DNA of 64,000 nucleotides from Blastocatellia bacterium (GCA_963804815.1 CAWDRU010000002.1:5187122-5251121), one strand, 5' to 3'. Counted from the stretch's first letter, positions 8,891-18,220 are shown. Notes: a model not told the origin generated them from the letters alone. Translations and numbers: made by a program.

Positions 8891-10024
8891 CCGGGTCGCC
8901 CCACGTGGGCCGAGATCAATCTGGACAATCTCGTTCATAATTTCCGCCTGATAAAAAAGACGGTCGGCGCGGGCGTTGCCATCATGGCTGCGTTGAAAGC
9001 GGATGCTTATGGTCACGGCGCTGTCAGTTGCGCGCTCGCGCTTGAAGGCGAAGGCGCGGACTGGTTCGGAGTCGCGCTGCCCGAAGAAGGATTAAAGCTC
9101 CGCGATGCGGGCGTCACGCGGCCCGTGCTTTGTCTCGGCGGGTTTTGGGAAGGGCAGGAAGATACGGTCATCGCTCGTAGTCTTACGCCCGTATTGTTTC
9201 GGCTCGACCTCCTCGAACGCTTCAACAGCGCGGCGCGCGCGGCAGGCGTGACGGCTGATTATCATCTCAAGATAGACACGGGGATGAGGCGGCTTGGCGT
9301 GCTTTACGAAGAGCTTGAAGAGTTTCTTGCTGGTGCGGCAGGGTTTGAAAACGTCAGGCTCGATGGCTTGATGACACATTTTGCGGCGGCTGATGATCCG
9401 GAGAAAGCCGAGTTCACGCGCCATCAAATCACGCTTTTTGAAAGCGCCGTTCAAACAGTGCGCAACCAGGGGTACAACCCGACCTGGATTCACGAAGCCA
9501 ACAGCGCGGCAATACTCGCTTATGAGCAGGCGCACGGAAATCTGATCAGACCCGGCGGCCTGCTTTACGGTGTGTGGCGCGACGCGACCATCCCGACAGC
9601 CGCGCCGCTCGACTGGCGACCCGTGCTTTCGCTTCACTCGCGCATAGTGCTTTTGAAAGCGGTCGGGTCGGGCGTTCCAATCGGTTACGGCGGCACGTTT
9701 GTGACAAGCCGCCCCAGCCTTATAGCAACGCTTGCAATCGGATACGAGGACGGGATGAGTCGCGCGCTCTCCAACAAAGGCCGCGTCATCGTGCGCGGCC
9801 AGTTTGCGCCTATCGTAGGCCGCATCAGCATGGACTTAACCATAATTGATGTGACCGATGTTGCGGACGTTCGGACAGGCGACGAGGTTGTGATAATCGG
9901 AACGCAGGCAGCCAGTCACATAAGCGCAGAAGATATAGCTGGAACTCTTGGAACAATATCGTATGAAGTGACCTGCCGCATAAGCGAGCGAGTGCCGAAG
10001 GTAATAGTCGGCAGCAGGCAATAG
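8804..10024 (+). CDS. alr: Alanine racemase
   Basis: RPTWAEINLDNLVHNF, PLP-lysine context AALKADAYGHG, and a C-terminal ISYEV... motif. The only canonical in-frame start before RPTWAEI is ATG 8804, inside the hairpin element. Confidence 0.85.
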   Translation: MKDEKEPADKTINAAHDSSLIPHPSSFILPGRPTWAEINLDNLVHNFRLIKKTVGAGVAIMAALKADAYGHGAVSCALALEGEGADWFGVALPEEGLKLRDAGVTRPVLCLGGFWEGQEDTVIARSLTPVLFRLDLLERFNSAARAAGVTADYHLKIDTGMRRLGVLYEELEEFLAGAAGFENVRLDGLMTHFAAADDPEKAEFTRHQITLFESAVQTVRNQGYNPTWIHEANSAAILAYEQAHGNLIRPGGLLYGVWRDATIPTAAPLDWRPVLSLHSRIVLLKAVGSGVPIGYGGTFVTSRPSLIATLAIGYEDGMSRALSNKGRVIVRGQFAPIVGRISMDLTIIDVTDVADVRTGDEVVIIGTQAASHISAEDIAGTLGTISYEVTCRISERVPKVIVGSRQ

Positions 10025-10090
10025 AGAGGAAAAGTAGGGCTTGAGCGGCTTTCTGCCTTATGTTTATTGCCTTTTGCACACTTATTCAGC

Positions 10091-10118
10091 TTGCCCTAAC
10101 GTGATTTTTAGATATAAT
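10091..10118 (+). promoter_or_regulatory. Sigma-70-like promoter candidate upstream of the oxoamine synthase gene
   Basis: TTGCCC (10091-10096), 16-nt spacer, TATAAT (10113-10118). Confidence 0.35.
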
Positions 10119-10206
10119 TCTCCGCATTACAGGGAGCTTAGACTCGGCAGGGTCCCTCGTAGCTAAGCAGGTTTACAATTAATTCGGTCGAGTGAGGGTG
10201 TGCACT

Positions 10207-11439
10207 ATGCAACAGCCGTCGCGCATTGCCGCGAAAGACGTGTTCGAAAAAGCCATCGGCTACACAAAAGCGGACGAGTTTCGTCGCGCAGGGCTTTACC
10301 CATACTTCACGGAGTTTTCCGGGGCAGTGGATTCGGGCGAAGCCGAAGTGATGATGGGCGACCGTCGCATCCTCATGTTCGGCTCGAATAACTATCTGGG
10401 GCTTACGACCAACCCGGAAGTCAAAGCTGCGGCCATTGAGGCCATCGCGCGATACGGCACAGGCTGTTCGGGTTCGCGTATGCTCAACGGCACGATGGAC
10501 TTGCACGTGCAACTGGAAGCAGAGCTTGCCCGCTTTATGGGTCGCCAGTCTGCGCTCGTATTCGGGACAGGGTTTCAGACTAATCTCGGCGCTCTTTCGA
10601 CCATCGCTCAAAAAGGCGACGTGATAATCGCTGATCGCAATATTCACGCATCGCTGCTCGACGGCTGCCTCGCATCATTTGCGCGAACGACCCGGTTTCG
10701 CCATAACGATATGGCCGATTTGGAAAAAGTCCTTCAGGGCCTGCAACCCGACGAAGGCCGCCTGATCGTAGTCGATGGCGTATTTTCGATGGAGGGCGAT
10801 ACGGCCAACCTGCCCGAAATAGTGCGGCTCGCGAAAAAATATGACGCTCGATTGTATGTTGACGAAGCGCACGGCATAGGCGTGCTCGGACGACACGGGC
10901 GCGGCGCGACGGAGCATTACGGGGTTGAAAGCGATGTTGACGTGGTGATGGGGACGTTCTCAAAATCTTTTGCTTCCATCGGCGGATTCATAGCGGGGCG
11001 GCGCGAGGTGATAGAGTTCGTCAAGCATCATAGTCGCTCGTTCGTTTATTCGGCTTCGCTCGCGCCCGCAAACGCTGCCGCCGCGCTTAAAGCAATCGAG
11101 ATAATCGAGCGCGAGCCTGAATTGCGCGAAAGGCTGCTTCAAACCAGCGCGCATCTTCGCCGCGAACTGGTAGCCATGGGATTCCGCCTGATCGAAGCGA
11201 ATACGGGATTTGACGGGATCACTCCGGTAATACCTGTTGTAGTGGACGACGAGGTGCTGGTATGCAAATTCTTCTGGGAGTTGATGAGCGAGGGGATATA
11301 CACAAACCCCGTGCTGGCTCCCGCAGTAGCGCACAGCCTTCTGCGAATCAGTTGCATGGCTACGCACACGGACGAGCACGCGGAGCGATTGCTCGAAGCA
11401 ATGCATAGAATAGGAAAGAAGTCAGGGATCATTAATTAA
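10207..11439 (+). CDS. Alpha-oxoamine synthase family PLP enzyme, serine-palmitoyltransferase-like
   Basis: Class II aminotransferase fold: NNYLGL, DEAHGIGVLG, and the PLP-lysine motif GTFSKSFASIGG (the TFSKS form is typical of SPT-like members). ATG at 10207. Confidence 0.8.
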   Translation: MQQPSRIAAKDVFEKAIGYTKADEFRRAGLYPYFTEFSGAVDSGEAEVMMGDRRILMFGSNNYLGLTTNPEVKAAAIEAIARYGTGCSGSRMLNGTMDLHVQLEAELARFMGRQSALVFGTGFQTNLGALSTIAQKGDVIIADRNIHASLLDGCLASFARTTRFRHNDMADLEKVLQGLQPDEGRLIVVDGVFSMEGDTANLPEIVRLAKKYDARLYVDEAHGIGVLGRHGRGATEHYGVESDVDVVMGTFSKSFASIGGFIAGRREVIEFVKHHSRSFVYSASLAPANAAAALKAIEIIEREPELRERLLQTSAHLRRELVAMGFRLIEANTGFDGITPVIPVVVDDEVLVCKFFWELMSEGIYTNPVLAPAVAHSLLRISCMATHTDEHAERLLEAMHRIGKKSGIIN

Positions 11440-11440
11440 A

Positions 11441-11524
11441 GATGAGGGATGAAGGATGAAGGATGAGAAGAGCGCAAAAGCCGTTACTTTCATCTTCATC
11501 CCTCATCCTTCATCCCTCATCCCT
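11441..11524. repeat. GGATGAR-heptamer hairpin element, copy B
   Basis: Left arm GATGAGGGATGAAGGATGAAGGATGAGA (11441-11468). Right arm TTTCATCTTCATCCCTCATCCTTCATCCCTCATCCC (11488-11524). Lies between two co-directional genes. Confidence 0.8.
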
Positions 11525-11530
11525 TAAATT

Positions 11531-12775
11531 ATGCGGCGAGTTGTAATAACAGGAATCGGTATTATCGCGGCCACAGGGGTCGGGCGCGAGGTGTTCTGGT
11601 CTGCGCTCACCGAAGGACGCAGCGGCATCTCGCGCATAGAGGTCTTCGACACATCGAATCTGAAGACTAATATCGCAGGCGTATGCCGCGACTTCCACCC
11701 CGACGAGTTCTTTGACGAACGCGAAATGACGCGGCTTGATCGCGTGTCGCAAATGGCAATCGCCGCGACCCATCTGGCTACGCGCGAGGCAGGACTAACA
11801 AACGGCCAGCTCGACAGCTATGACGTGGGCGTCAGTCTGGGCACGGGTTTCGGCGGGCAGGGTTCGATTGAGGAGTTCTGTGGCGCGTTCTTTTCAAACG
11901 GAAAAGGAAGGCGCTCGGCCATCGCCATCCCGAAGTCGATGTATAACGCTTCGTCGTCCAACATTGCGATAAGGTTCAAGGCTCGCGGGCCGAACATCAC
12001 CGTCACCACTGCCTGTTCGTCGGGCGCAAATGCGATAGGACACGCATTTCATCTGATTCGCTACGGCCACGCCGAGCGTATGATAGCAGGCGGCGCGGAC
12101 GCCCCCGTAACGCCAGTCGTGATGGAGGCATGGAAAGAGATGCGCGTGCTTTCTACGAAAAACGATCCTCCCGAACGCGCGTGTAAACCGTTCAGCGCAA
12201 ATCGCGACGGGTTCGTGCTGTCGGAAGGCGCAGGGATAGTCGTCCTCGAAGCTTTAGAGCTTGCGCTTGAGCGCGGCGCACACATCTATGCGGAAGTTCT
12301 GGGCTACGGCTCGACAGCCGATGCAGCGCACATTACTTTCCCTGACCCCGAAGGCGAAGCCCACGCGATACTGCGCGCGCTTAAGGATGCAGGCGTAGCG
12401 CCTCAGGAGATCGATCACATAAACGCGCACGGAACGGCGACCAAGCTAAACGATGCTTCGGAGACGGAAGCCATTAAGCGCGTCTTTGGCAATCGTGCTT
12501 ACGAGATACCGATCAACTCGATCAAATCGATGCTCGGACATTCCATGGGGGCGGCTGGCGCGATTGAGTTCATAGGCACGATTCTCGCGATTGACAACAA
12601 AGTGATACCCCCAACGATCAACTACGAAGAGACGGACCCGCAATGCGACCTCGACTATGTGACAGAAGGCGCGCGCGCGGCGGGCGGCAATACGCCGCTC
12701 AGGACGGCTCTCTCGAATTCGTTTGGGTTCGGCGGCAACAACGCCGTGCTTGTTGTTCGCGAGTATGCGGAGTAA
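11531..12775 (+). CDS. Beta-ketoacyl-ACP synthase (KAS I/II, FabF-like)
   Basis: Active-site Cys in TACSSGANAIGHA, His in NAHGTATKLND and LGHSMGAAG, C-terminal NSFGFGGNNAVLVV. Confidence 0.85.
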   Translation: MRRVVITGIGIIAATGVGREVFWSALTEGRSGISRIEVFDTSNLKTNIAGVCRDFHPDEFFDEREMTRLDRVSQMAIAATHLATREAGLTNGQLDSYDVGVSLGTGFGGQGSIEEFCGAFFSNGKGRRSAIAIPKSMYNASSSNIAIRFKARGPNITVTTACSSGANAIGHAFHLIRYGHAERMIAGGADAPVTPVVMEAWKEMRVLSTKNDPPERACKPFSANRDGFVLSEGAGIVVLEALELALERGAHIYAEVLGYGSTADAAHITFPDPEGEAHAILRALKDAGVAPQEIDHINAHGTATKLNDASETEAIKRVFGNRAYEIPINSIKSMLGHSMGAAGAIEFIGTILAIDNKVIPPTINYEETDPQCDLDYVTEGARAAGGNTPLRTALSNSFGFGGNNAVLVVREYAE

Positions 12776-12859
12776 TATTAGACGCCTTGATGATCGATTT
12801 ATATTTACGCCCCTAACGCGAGTTTATCGGAAGCGTGTAATCTGAAGGAAAAACAGAAT

Positions 12860-13117
12860 ATGACTAGAGAGGTTGTTGAGTCTATAGAAGACGCCGTTAA
12901 AAACATCATTGTTGCAGAGCTGCGCGTGGACCGCGACCAACTGGGCCCGGCCACCCACCTGATGAAAGACCTGGGCGCAGACTCGCTCGACGCGCTCAAC
13001 ATAGCGCTGCGTTTGGAAGAAGCTTTCAAGATCAAGATACCGGATGATGCCATTCCAAGATTTCTGACCATTGGCGATATAGTTAAAGGAGTGAATGAAC
13101 ATCGGACGATTCAATAA
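12860..13117 (+). CDS. Acyl carrier protein
   Basis: 85 aa with the phosphopantetheine attachment motif LGADSLDAL. Confidence 0.8.
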   Translation: MTREVVESIEDAVKNIIVAELRVDRDQLGPATHLMKDLGADSLDALNIALRLEEAFKIKIPDDAIPRFLTIGDIVKGVNEHRTIQ

Positions 13118-13149
13118 CTGCGCAATCTCTCTATAACCCCATTCTTTGC

Positions 13150-15369
13150 ATGTCCAACCATGCTCCAAACTTTGAAACTGCACCCCGCGCTCGTTCATCT
13201 ATTTTCCGGTTAAGCCTTTCGCTGCTGGTGGCGGTGCCGCTTGTGTTCAGCCCGGCGGTTCACAGAATATTCCCGCTTCCAAAATTCGCAGTATTACTGG
13301 TCGGCTCATCCGTGCTTGTTCTCTTGCTGAGTCTGATGGCGTTAAACCCTGCGCAGCGTGACTGGCTGAGGACGAAACACGTTTTTCTTGTGAGTCTGTA
13401 TTTCGTCGCCGTTATTATCTCGACCGTTTTCGGTGTTGCTCCGGTTGCGTCGCTGTTTGGAAGCTTTGAAAACCAGATGGGCTTGATCACCCGGCTCTGT
13501 TTTCTGATCTTTTTTTTGAGCCTGATCGCAGGGATCGGCAACAGTCAGGCTCGCTTTCGACAAACCGTGTGGGCTATGACGATCACGGGACTCGCGGTCG
13601 CCATATACGCTTTTATGCAATTCTTCGGGAAGGACTTTTTTTTGTCGCCCGCGCTCTACACCTTCGACTCAGTGGCCGGGCCTGTCGTCCGAGTCATCGG
13701 AACGCTGGGGCACGCCGACTATCTTGGAAACTTCCTGCTTTACACCACGCTTCCGAGCATAGCGCTTGCGCTTGCAACGCGCGACCGTGTGCGGATGCTT
13801 GCGTTGATCGCAACAGCGGTTTCGATTGCCGCGATAATTTTCAGCGGGACGCGCGGCGCGGCGCTCGGACTTACGGCAGGCGCGGTCGTTTTTTCAGCCC
13901 TTCAGTTTCGGACTGCGCGCATATCGTTTAATCGCAGGACGCTCGGTCGCGCGGCAGTCGCCGCCGCAATCATTCTCGGCTCGATATTGTTGATTAGCCT
14001 GAACCCGGCATCGCGCAGCATAACGGCGCGCGCAGTCTCGGCGATCAAAGAAGGGAGAACGGGGGCCGGTCGCACGGTGCTGTGGCGCGACGCTGCGAAG
14101 ATGATACCGGCTTTCGCCATCACAGGATGCGGCCCCGAAGGTTTTCGCAAAGCGTTTCTGGCCTACAAGTCAAAAGAGATAGCGCAACTCGCGCCGGGAA
14201 CAAACGACGAAAACGCTCACAATTCGTATCTTGACGCGGCAATATCTTATGGACTGCCGGGCGCAATCTGCTATGTTGCGATCATTGCATCTTCGTTCTC
14301 TCTTTTAATGCGAGCGCGGCGAAGCGCCGGAAATCCAGAGACTAAGATAATAATCACCGGGCTTCTGTCGTCGCTTGTGGCTGTGGCTGTACATAATTTT
14401 TTCATCTTCGATCAGATTCCGACGGGGCTTTATTTCTTCGCGCTTGTGGCGCTCGCGCAATCTGCGTTGAGCGTCGCAACACCAGACACTCGAAACTCAA
14501 AAGTAAAATTGTCTCCGGGATGGCCGGGCAGGGCAATAATCGTTGTTGGGGTTGCGTTTGTGGGGGCAGCCGTGTGGTACGCGACTGCTCTGGCAAAAGC
14601 AGACTTCGAGATCAAAAAATCTTTCGCTTCAGCAGGCGCAGTGGATTATGAAGCCACGGTGAAACACGGCGAGCGCGCAGCCCGGAGCCTTGAACCGACA
14701 GGCGCATACAGGTTTCAATACGCAAGGGCGCTTACATTTTATGCAGACCTCGCGGGTACTGCCGATGCGGGAAAAAGAGCGTCGTCGATCAATATGGCCA
14801 TAACTCAAATCAGAGAATCACTCCCTCACACGCTCACGCCGGACGCGAGTTACATACTGCTTTCATATCTGGCGTTGCGCTCCGGCAACGCGGCTGAGCT
14901 TCGCACATGGGCAACCGAAGCGGTGAACTGCGATCCCTATTATTCCAACGCGCACTGGCTGATGGCAGAATCGTATCTGGCAGAAGGTAATCTTGAAGAA
15001 GCGAAGCGCGAGGCCAGGATAGCTCTTGAAATCAATCCGAACTCGAAGGAGGCTGTGTCTGCGCTCAAGCGTTCGCGAGGAGTGAAAGAGACGGCGCGAC
15101 AAACGGTTGAAGAGTTGCTGAATCGCGGACAGGATGATGCAGATCAGGGCAGGATGAAGAAGGCGCAAAAGAAGATTACTCACGCGCTCCGAAAGGCGCG
15201 AGGGCAGTGTGCCGAATGCCATCGCGCGCTTGCCGCAATCTATGAAACCACTCGCCAGTATGATAAAGCGTTAGCAGAATGGAGCAGCTTTCTTGAGCAA
15301 ACCTCTGATCGCGCGGCGCGCGAAAAAGCACAGTCGCGCATTGAATCGCTGAAACAGAAGAAGCCGTAG
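13150..15369 (+). CDS. O-antigen ligase (Wzy_C)-like polytopic membrane protein with C-terminal TPR domain
   Basis: About 10 hydrophobic segments; FSGTRGAALGL motif typical of O-antigen ligase-like proteins; TPR-like C-terminal third (WLMAESYLAEGNLEEAKREARIALEINPN). Confidence 0.7.
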   Translation: MSNHAPNFETAPRARSSIFRLSLSLLVAVPLVFSPAVHRIFPLPKFAVLLVGSSVLVLLLSLMALNPAQRDWLRTKHVFLVSLYFVAVIISTVFGVAPVASLFGSFENQMGLITRLCFLIFFLSLIAGIGNSQARFRQTVWAMTITGLAVAIYAFMQFFGKDFFLSPALYTFDSVAGPVVRVIGTLGHADYLGNFLLYTTLPSIALALATRDRVRMLALIATAVSIAAIIFSGTRGAALGLTAGAVVFSALQFRTARISFNRRTLGRAAVAAAIILGSILLISLNPASRSITARAVSAIKEGRTGAGRTVLWRDAAKMIPAFAITGCGPEGFRKAFLAYKSKEIAQLAPGTNDENAHNSYLDAAISYGLPGAICYVAIIASSFSLLMRARRSAGNPETKIIITGLLSSLVAVAVHNFFIFDQIPTGLYFFALVALAQSALSVATPDTRNSKVKLSPGWPGRAIIVVGVAFVGAAVWYATALAKADFEIKKSFASAGAVDYEATVKHGERAARSLEPTGAYRFQYARALTFYADLAGTADAGKRASSINMAITQIRESLPHTLTPDASYILLSYLALRSGNAAELRTWATEAVNCDPYYSNAHWLMAESYLAEGNLEEAKREARIALEINPNSKEAVSALKRSRGVKETARQTVEELLNRGQDDADQGRMKKAQKKITHALRKARGQCAECHRALAAIYETTRQYDKALAEWSSFLEQTSDRAAREKAQSRIESLKQKKP

Positions 15370-15384
15370 CGTTTCGTCCCCGGA

Positions 15385-15774
15385 TCAATGAGCCGTTTGC
15401 AGGCTGGTTCCGAATCGAAGCCCTATGCCGTCCGGCCCGGCTATTGTAAAGTCGCGCAAGCCATAATAACGGTCTTCGATTGAATGTATCACGCGCGCGC
15501 CCAGTTTTGTCGCCAGTTCCCAGTAGTAATCGACGTTTGGAACCATCACGCGTATATTGCCTGCGGGAGAGAGAGGGGGCGGCGGGCAATTTTCGATCTC
15601 TTCGAGAAACAACATGGAGTCTTTCCATCCAAGCACGATAAAATTGCTCTCTTCGCGAACGACTTCAAACCCGAATGCGAGATAAAATGCGCAGGATGCT
15701 TTTATGTCGCCTGTGTAAAGCTCGATTATGAGTTGTTCGTTAGCGGGTACGTATCTATCATTCGACATTGTCAT
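15385..15774 (-). CDS. VOC (glyoxalase / bleomycin-resistance) family protein
   Basis: 129 aa; ...SCAFYLAFGFEV... and YGLRDFTIAGPDGIGLRFG are typical of the family. Confidence 0.7.
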   Translation of the reverse strand: MTMSNDRYVPANEQLIIELYTGDIKASCAFYLAFGFEVVREESNFIVLGWKDSMLFLEEIENCPPPPLSPAGNIRVMVPNVDYYWELATKLGARVIHSIEDRYYGLRDFTIAGPDGIGLRFGTSLQTAH

Positions 15775-15814
15775 CGATGTTTGAATAACACGACCTTTAG
15801 TGGAGAATCAAGAG

Positions 15815-16348
15815 ATGGATCTGTTGCCTGTTTTTACCGAACGCCTGATTCTGAGAAGGCTTCACGAAAAAGATATACACGCGCTTATCGCATATCGGTC
15901 TGATCGTGAAGTTGCCCGCTATCAAAACTGGACGGAGATTACCGAAACCGAAGCCAGAGCTCTGGTTAAAGCGAAACGGCGAACGCCCTTCGCCCTTCCC
16001 GGAGTCTGGGTGCAGATTGCCATCGCGCTACGCGAGACGGATGCGCTTGTCGGCGATATCGGCGTGTGGGTCAACACGGACGGGCAAAGCGCCGAGATCG
16101 GCTTCACGCTGTCTGCGGGCTATCAGGGAAAAGGTTTCGCTACGGAAGCCGTGCGAAAAGTGATCGAATTGTTGTTCGACGAGACTGCGGTCAAGCTGGT
16201 TGAAGCCATAACAGACACGCGCAACAGGGCTTCCATAGCGTTGCTCGAACGACTGGGGATGAAACTCGAAAAGACAGAAGAAGCCTGGTTCAAAGGCGAA
16301 CTCTGTCACGAGCACAGGTTCGTAATAACGAGGGAGGGATTCAGTTAA
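15815..16348 (+). CDS. GNAT family N-acetyltransferase (RimJ/RimL-like)
   Basis: TERLILRRL..., acetyl-CoA motif GYQGKGFATEAVRKVIELLF. Start is ATG 15815 or GTG 15800. Confidence 0.75.
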   Translation: MDLLPVFTERLILRRLHEKDIHALIAYRSDREVARYQNWTEITETEARALVKAKRRTPFALPGVWVQIAIALRETDALVGDIGVWVNTDGQSAEIGFTLSAGYQGKGFATEAVRKVIELLFDETAVKLVEAITDTRNRASIALLERLGMKLEKTEEAWFKGELCHEHRFVITREGFS

Positions 16349-16382
16349 GCTCTACGGATAAGCTCTCTACAGTGAAGCCGCC

Positions 16383-16976
16383 TTATCCGCCGCTGCTTTT
16401 GCGAAGCTCCATCAGAACTTGTTTGGCGACGGCTTTGAGCGTATCGAAGACGCCTATGCCGCGATTGGCAACGCCTTCAAATACAGGCTCATCTTTGCGA
16501 ATGAGTTCTGCCTTGAGATCGGAAACAGAAACGACGTTGGGCAGGTCGCGTTTGTTGAGCTGCATGACGTAGGGAAGCTTCAACAGATCGTAACCATGCT
16601 GTTTGAGGTTGGCTTCGAGGTTGAACAGCGATTCGGCATTCGCATCCATTCGCTCGCGTTGCGAGTCTGCCACGAAGACCATGCCGTCTACGCCCTTCAG
16701 AATCAGTTTGCGGCTCGCGTCGTAAAAGACCTGGCCCGGAACAGTATATAGATGAAAGCGGGTTTTGAATCCGCGCACTGTGCCGAGGTCTAAAGGCAGA
16801 AAGTCGAAAAATAGAGTGCGGTCGGTTTCAGTTGCAAGACTGATCAATTTCCCCTTGGACTGCTGGGCCGTCGAATCGTATATGTATTGCAGGTTTGTCG
16901 TTTTGCCGCCAAGTCCCGGCCCATAATAAACAATCTTGCAGTTGATCTCGCGCGATGCGTAATTGATGAACGTCAA
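16383..16976 (-). CDS. mglA: Ras-like GTPase MglA (polarity / gliding motility)
   Basis: [58 protein letters not shown]. Closely matches the MglA pattern. Confidence 0.9.
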   Translation of the reverse strand: MTFINYASREINCKIVYYGPGLGGKTTNLQYIYDSTAQQSKGKLISLATETDRTLFFDFLPLDLGTVRGFKTRFHLYTVPGQVFYDASRKLILKGVDGMVFVADSQRERMDANAESLFNLEANLKQHGYDLLKLPYVMQLNKRDLPNVVSVSDLKAELIRKDEPVFEGVANRGIGVFDTLKAVAKQVLMELRKSSGG

Positions 16977-17068
16977 TGCTCGTATTCCTTATCACTATGC
17001 CGGTGAGGTTAGTGTGGCTCCCGGTCTGCTACGCTTTCATAGGGGCTTCAAACCAGATTCATTAATCA

Positions 17069-17560
17069 TCAACTGAAAAGCGCATCAATGTCTTCTTCGG
17101 TGATCTCGGCAAATGGTGAATCGATCTCAAACCCGACATCGCGCTCGCGGGTTACCTTCGTGTCTATGGCCTCGAATATCAGATTCATCTCGGCAGTCGC
17201 GCGCTTCACCCTTAAACGCACGAGTCCCAGGCTTGAGCGTTCGTCGAATATCACCACGAGTATCACGCGCCCGGCGACGATTGAAATATGAATGTTATCG
17301 CGTTCGCCTTCGTGCGAAAGCACCGGAAAGCCTTGCTCGCCGATCAGGTGCGCAAGCCCGTCCGTTGCTGCGACGTTCCCGGCGGTCAGGCTCGCCAGGC
17401 TGGTTATGTCGAGGTTGAGCATCTCTCCGTGCGCGGCTATCTGCTGGCCGTTCTTATCGACCAGAAAGACGAACTTGGAGTTCGCATCCGCGCACAATCG
17501 CGTGATGACATGCTTTAGCTGCCCATACTCCTCTTCATACATTACGACCGGAGCCGCCAT
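17069..17560 (-). CDS. mglB: MglB, roadblock/LC7-domain GAP partner of MglA
   Basis: Directly upstream of mglA on the same strand; roadblock-like sequence (FVFLVDKNGQQIAAHGE..., ...RVILVVIFDE...). Confidence 0.8.
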   Translation of the reverse strand: MAAPVVMYEEEYGQLKHVITRLCADANSKFVFLVDKNGQQIAAHGEMLNLDITSLASLTAGNVAATDGLAHLIGEQGFPVLSHEGERDNIHISIVAGRVILVVIFDERSSLGLVRLRVKRATAEMNLIFEAIDTKVTRERDVGFEIDSPFAEITEEDIDALFS

Positions 17561-17834
17561 TACTTCTCCTTACAATTTAAACGAGCTACGCCAGAAGTCC
17601 CGCGCTTGTTTTTCAAAAGTGACGTTCAGTATTTGCTATCACAAAACGTCTGGCAATTTGATTGAATCTGGCATCCTTAGCTGAGTGTTCCAGCAGGGGC
17701 ATTTGTGGGGTGAGGCTTTTATAACATGACGCTTGGGCCATCGCAAGAGTTTTCCTGGCTGCGAATTCAATTGCGCCCGCTTTCTTGCAGCGAAAAGCCA
17801 GTCTATACTAAAACGAGGCAAGGAGGTGGTAGCT

Positions 17835-18062
17835 ATGACAAGAGAAAACGTCACCGAAAGCGAGCCAGAAGATCGTCAGAAATCGGGGCCGAGCGCAGCG
17901 CAGCGCAGGCTGATGAAGCTGGCCGAAGAGCAGGGCGTGAAGCCGATGACACTTGAAGCTCTCAAAGCGATGAGCTGTGTTTGGCCGGAAGATGAAAGCA
18001 TAGACGACTTCATAGCTGCGGTACAGGAATGGCGCAGCGAAGGCGGGGCTGTAACAAAGTAA
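17835..18062 (+). CDS. Putative antitoxin of the downstream PIN toxin; 3' end rewritten by a MITE insertion
   Basis: AGGAGG (17821-17826) then ATG 17835; 75 aa. The last 4 codons (AVTK) and the stop are MITE sequence (the MITE starts in the third base of the preceding Gly codon). The ancestral reading frame continues on the far side of the MITE. Confidence 0.6.
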   Translation: MTRENVTESEPEDRQKSGPSAAQRRLMKLAEEQGVKPMTLEALKAMSCVWPEDESIDDFIAAVQEWRSEGGAVTK

Positions 18063-18189
18063 AAGTAGGGGCAGGGCTTGTCCCTGCCCGGATGGCCGAC
18101 AGGCCATGACAGTCATCGCCTTACAGCGATTCGGGCAGGGACAAGCCCTGCCCCTACCATGATTGTCAACCGACTTTGTTACAGCCGTG
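18044..18189. mobile_element. 146-bp MITE, copy 1
   Basis: 145/146 identical to 47752-47897. Terminal inverted repeats GGCTGTAACAAAGT / ACTTTGTTACAGCC. Internal 25-bp inverted repeat GTAGGGGCAGGGCTTGTCCCTGCCC / GGGCAGGGACAAGCCCTGCCCCTAC. Flanked by the direct repeat CAGCGAAGG (18035-18043, 18191-18199). Confidence 0.85.
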
Positions 18190-18220
18190 GCAGCGAAGGC
18201 GGAGAGAGAGAATTGCCTTG

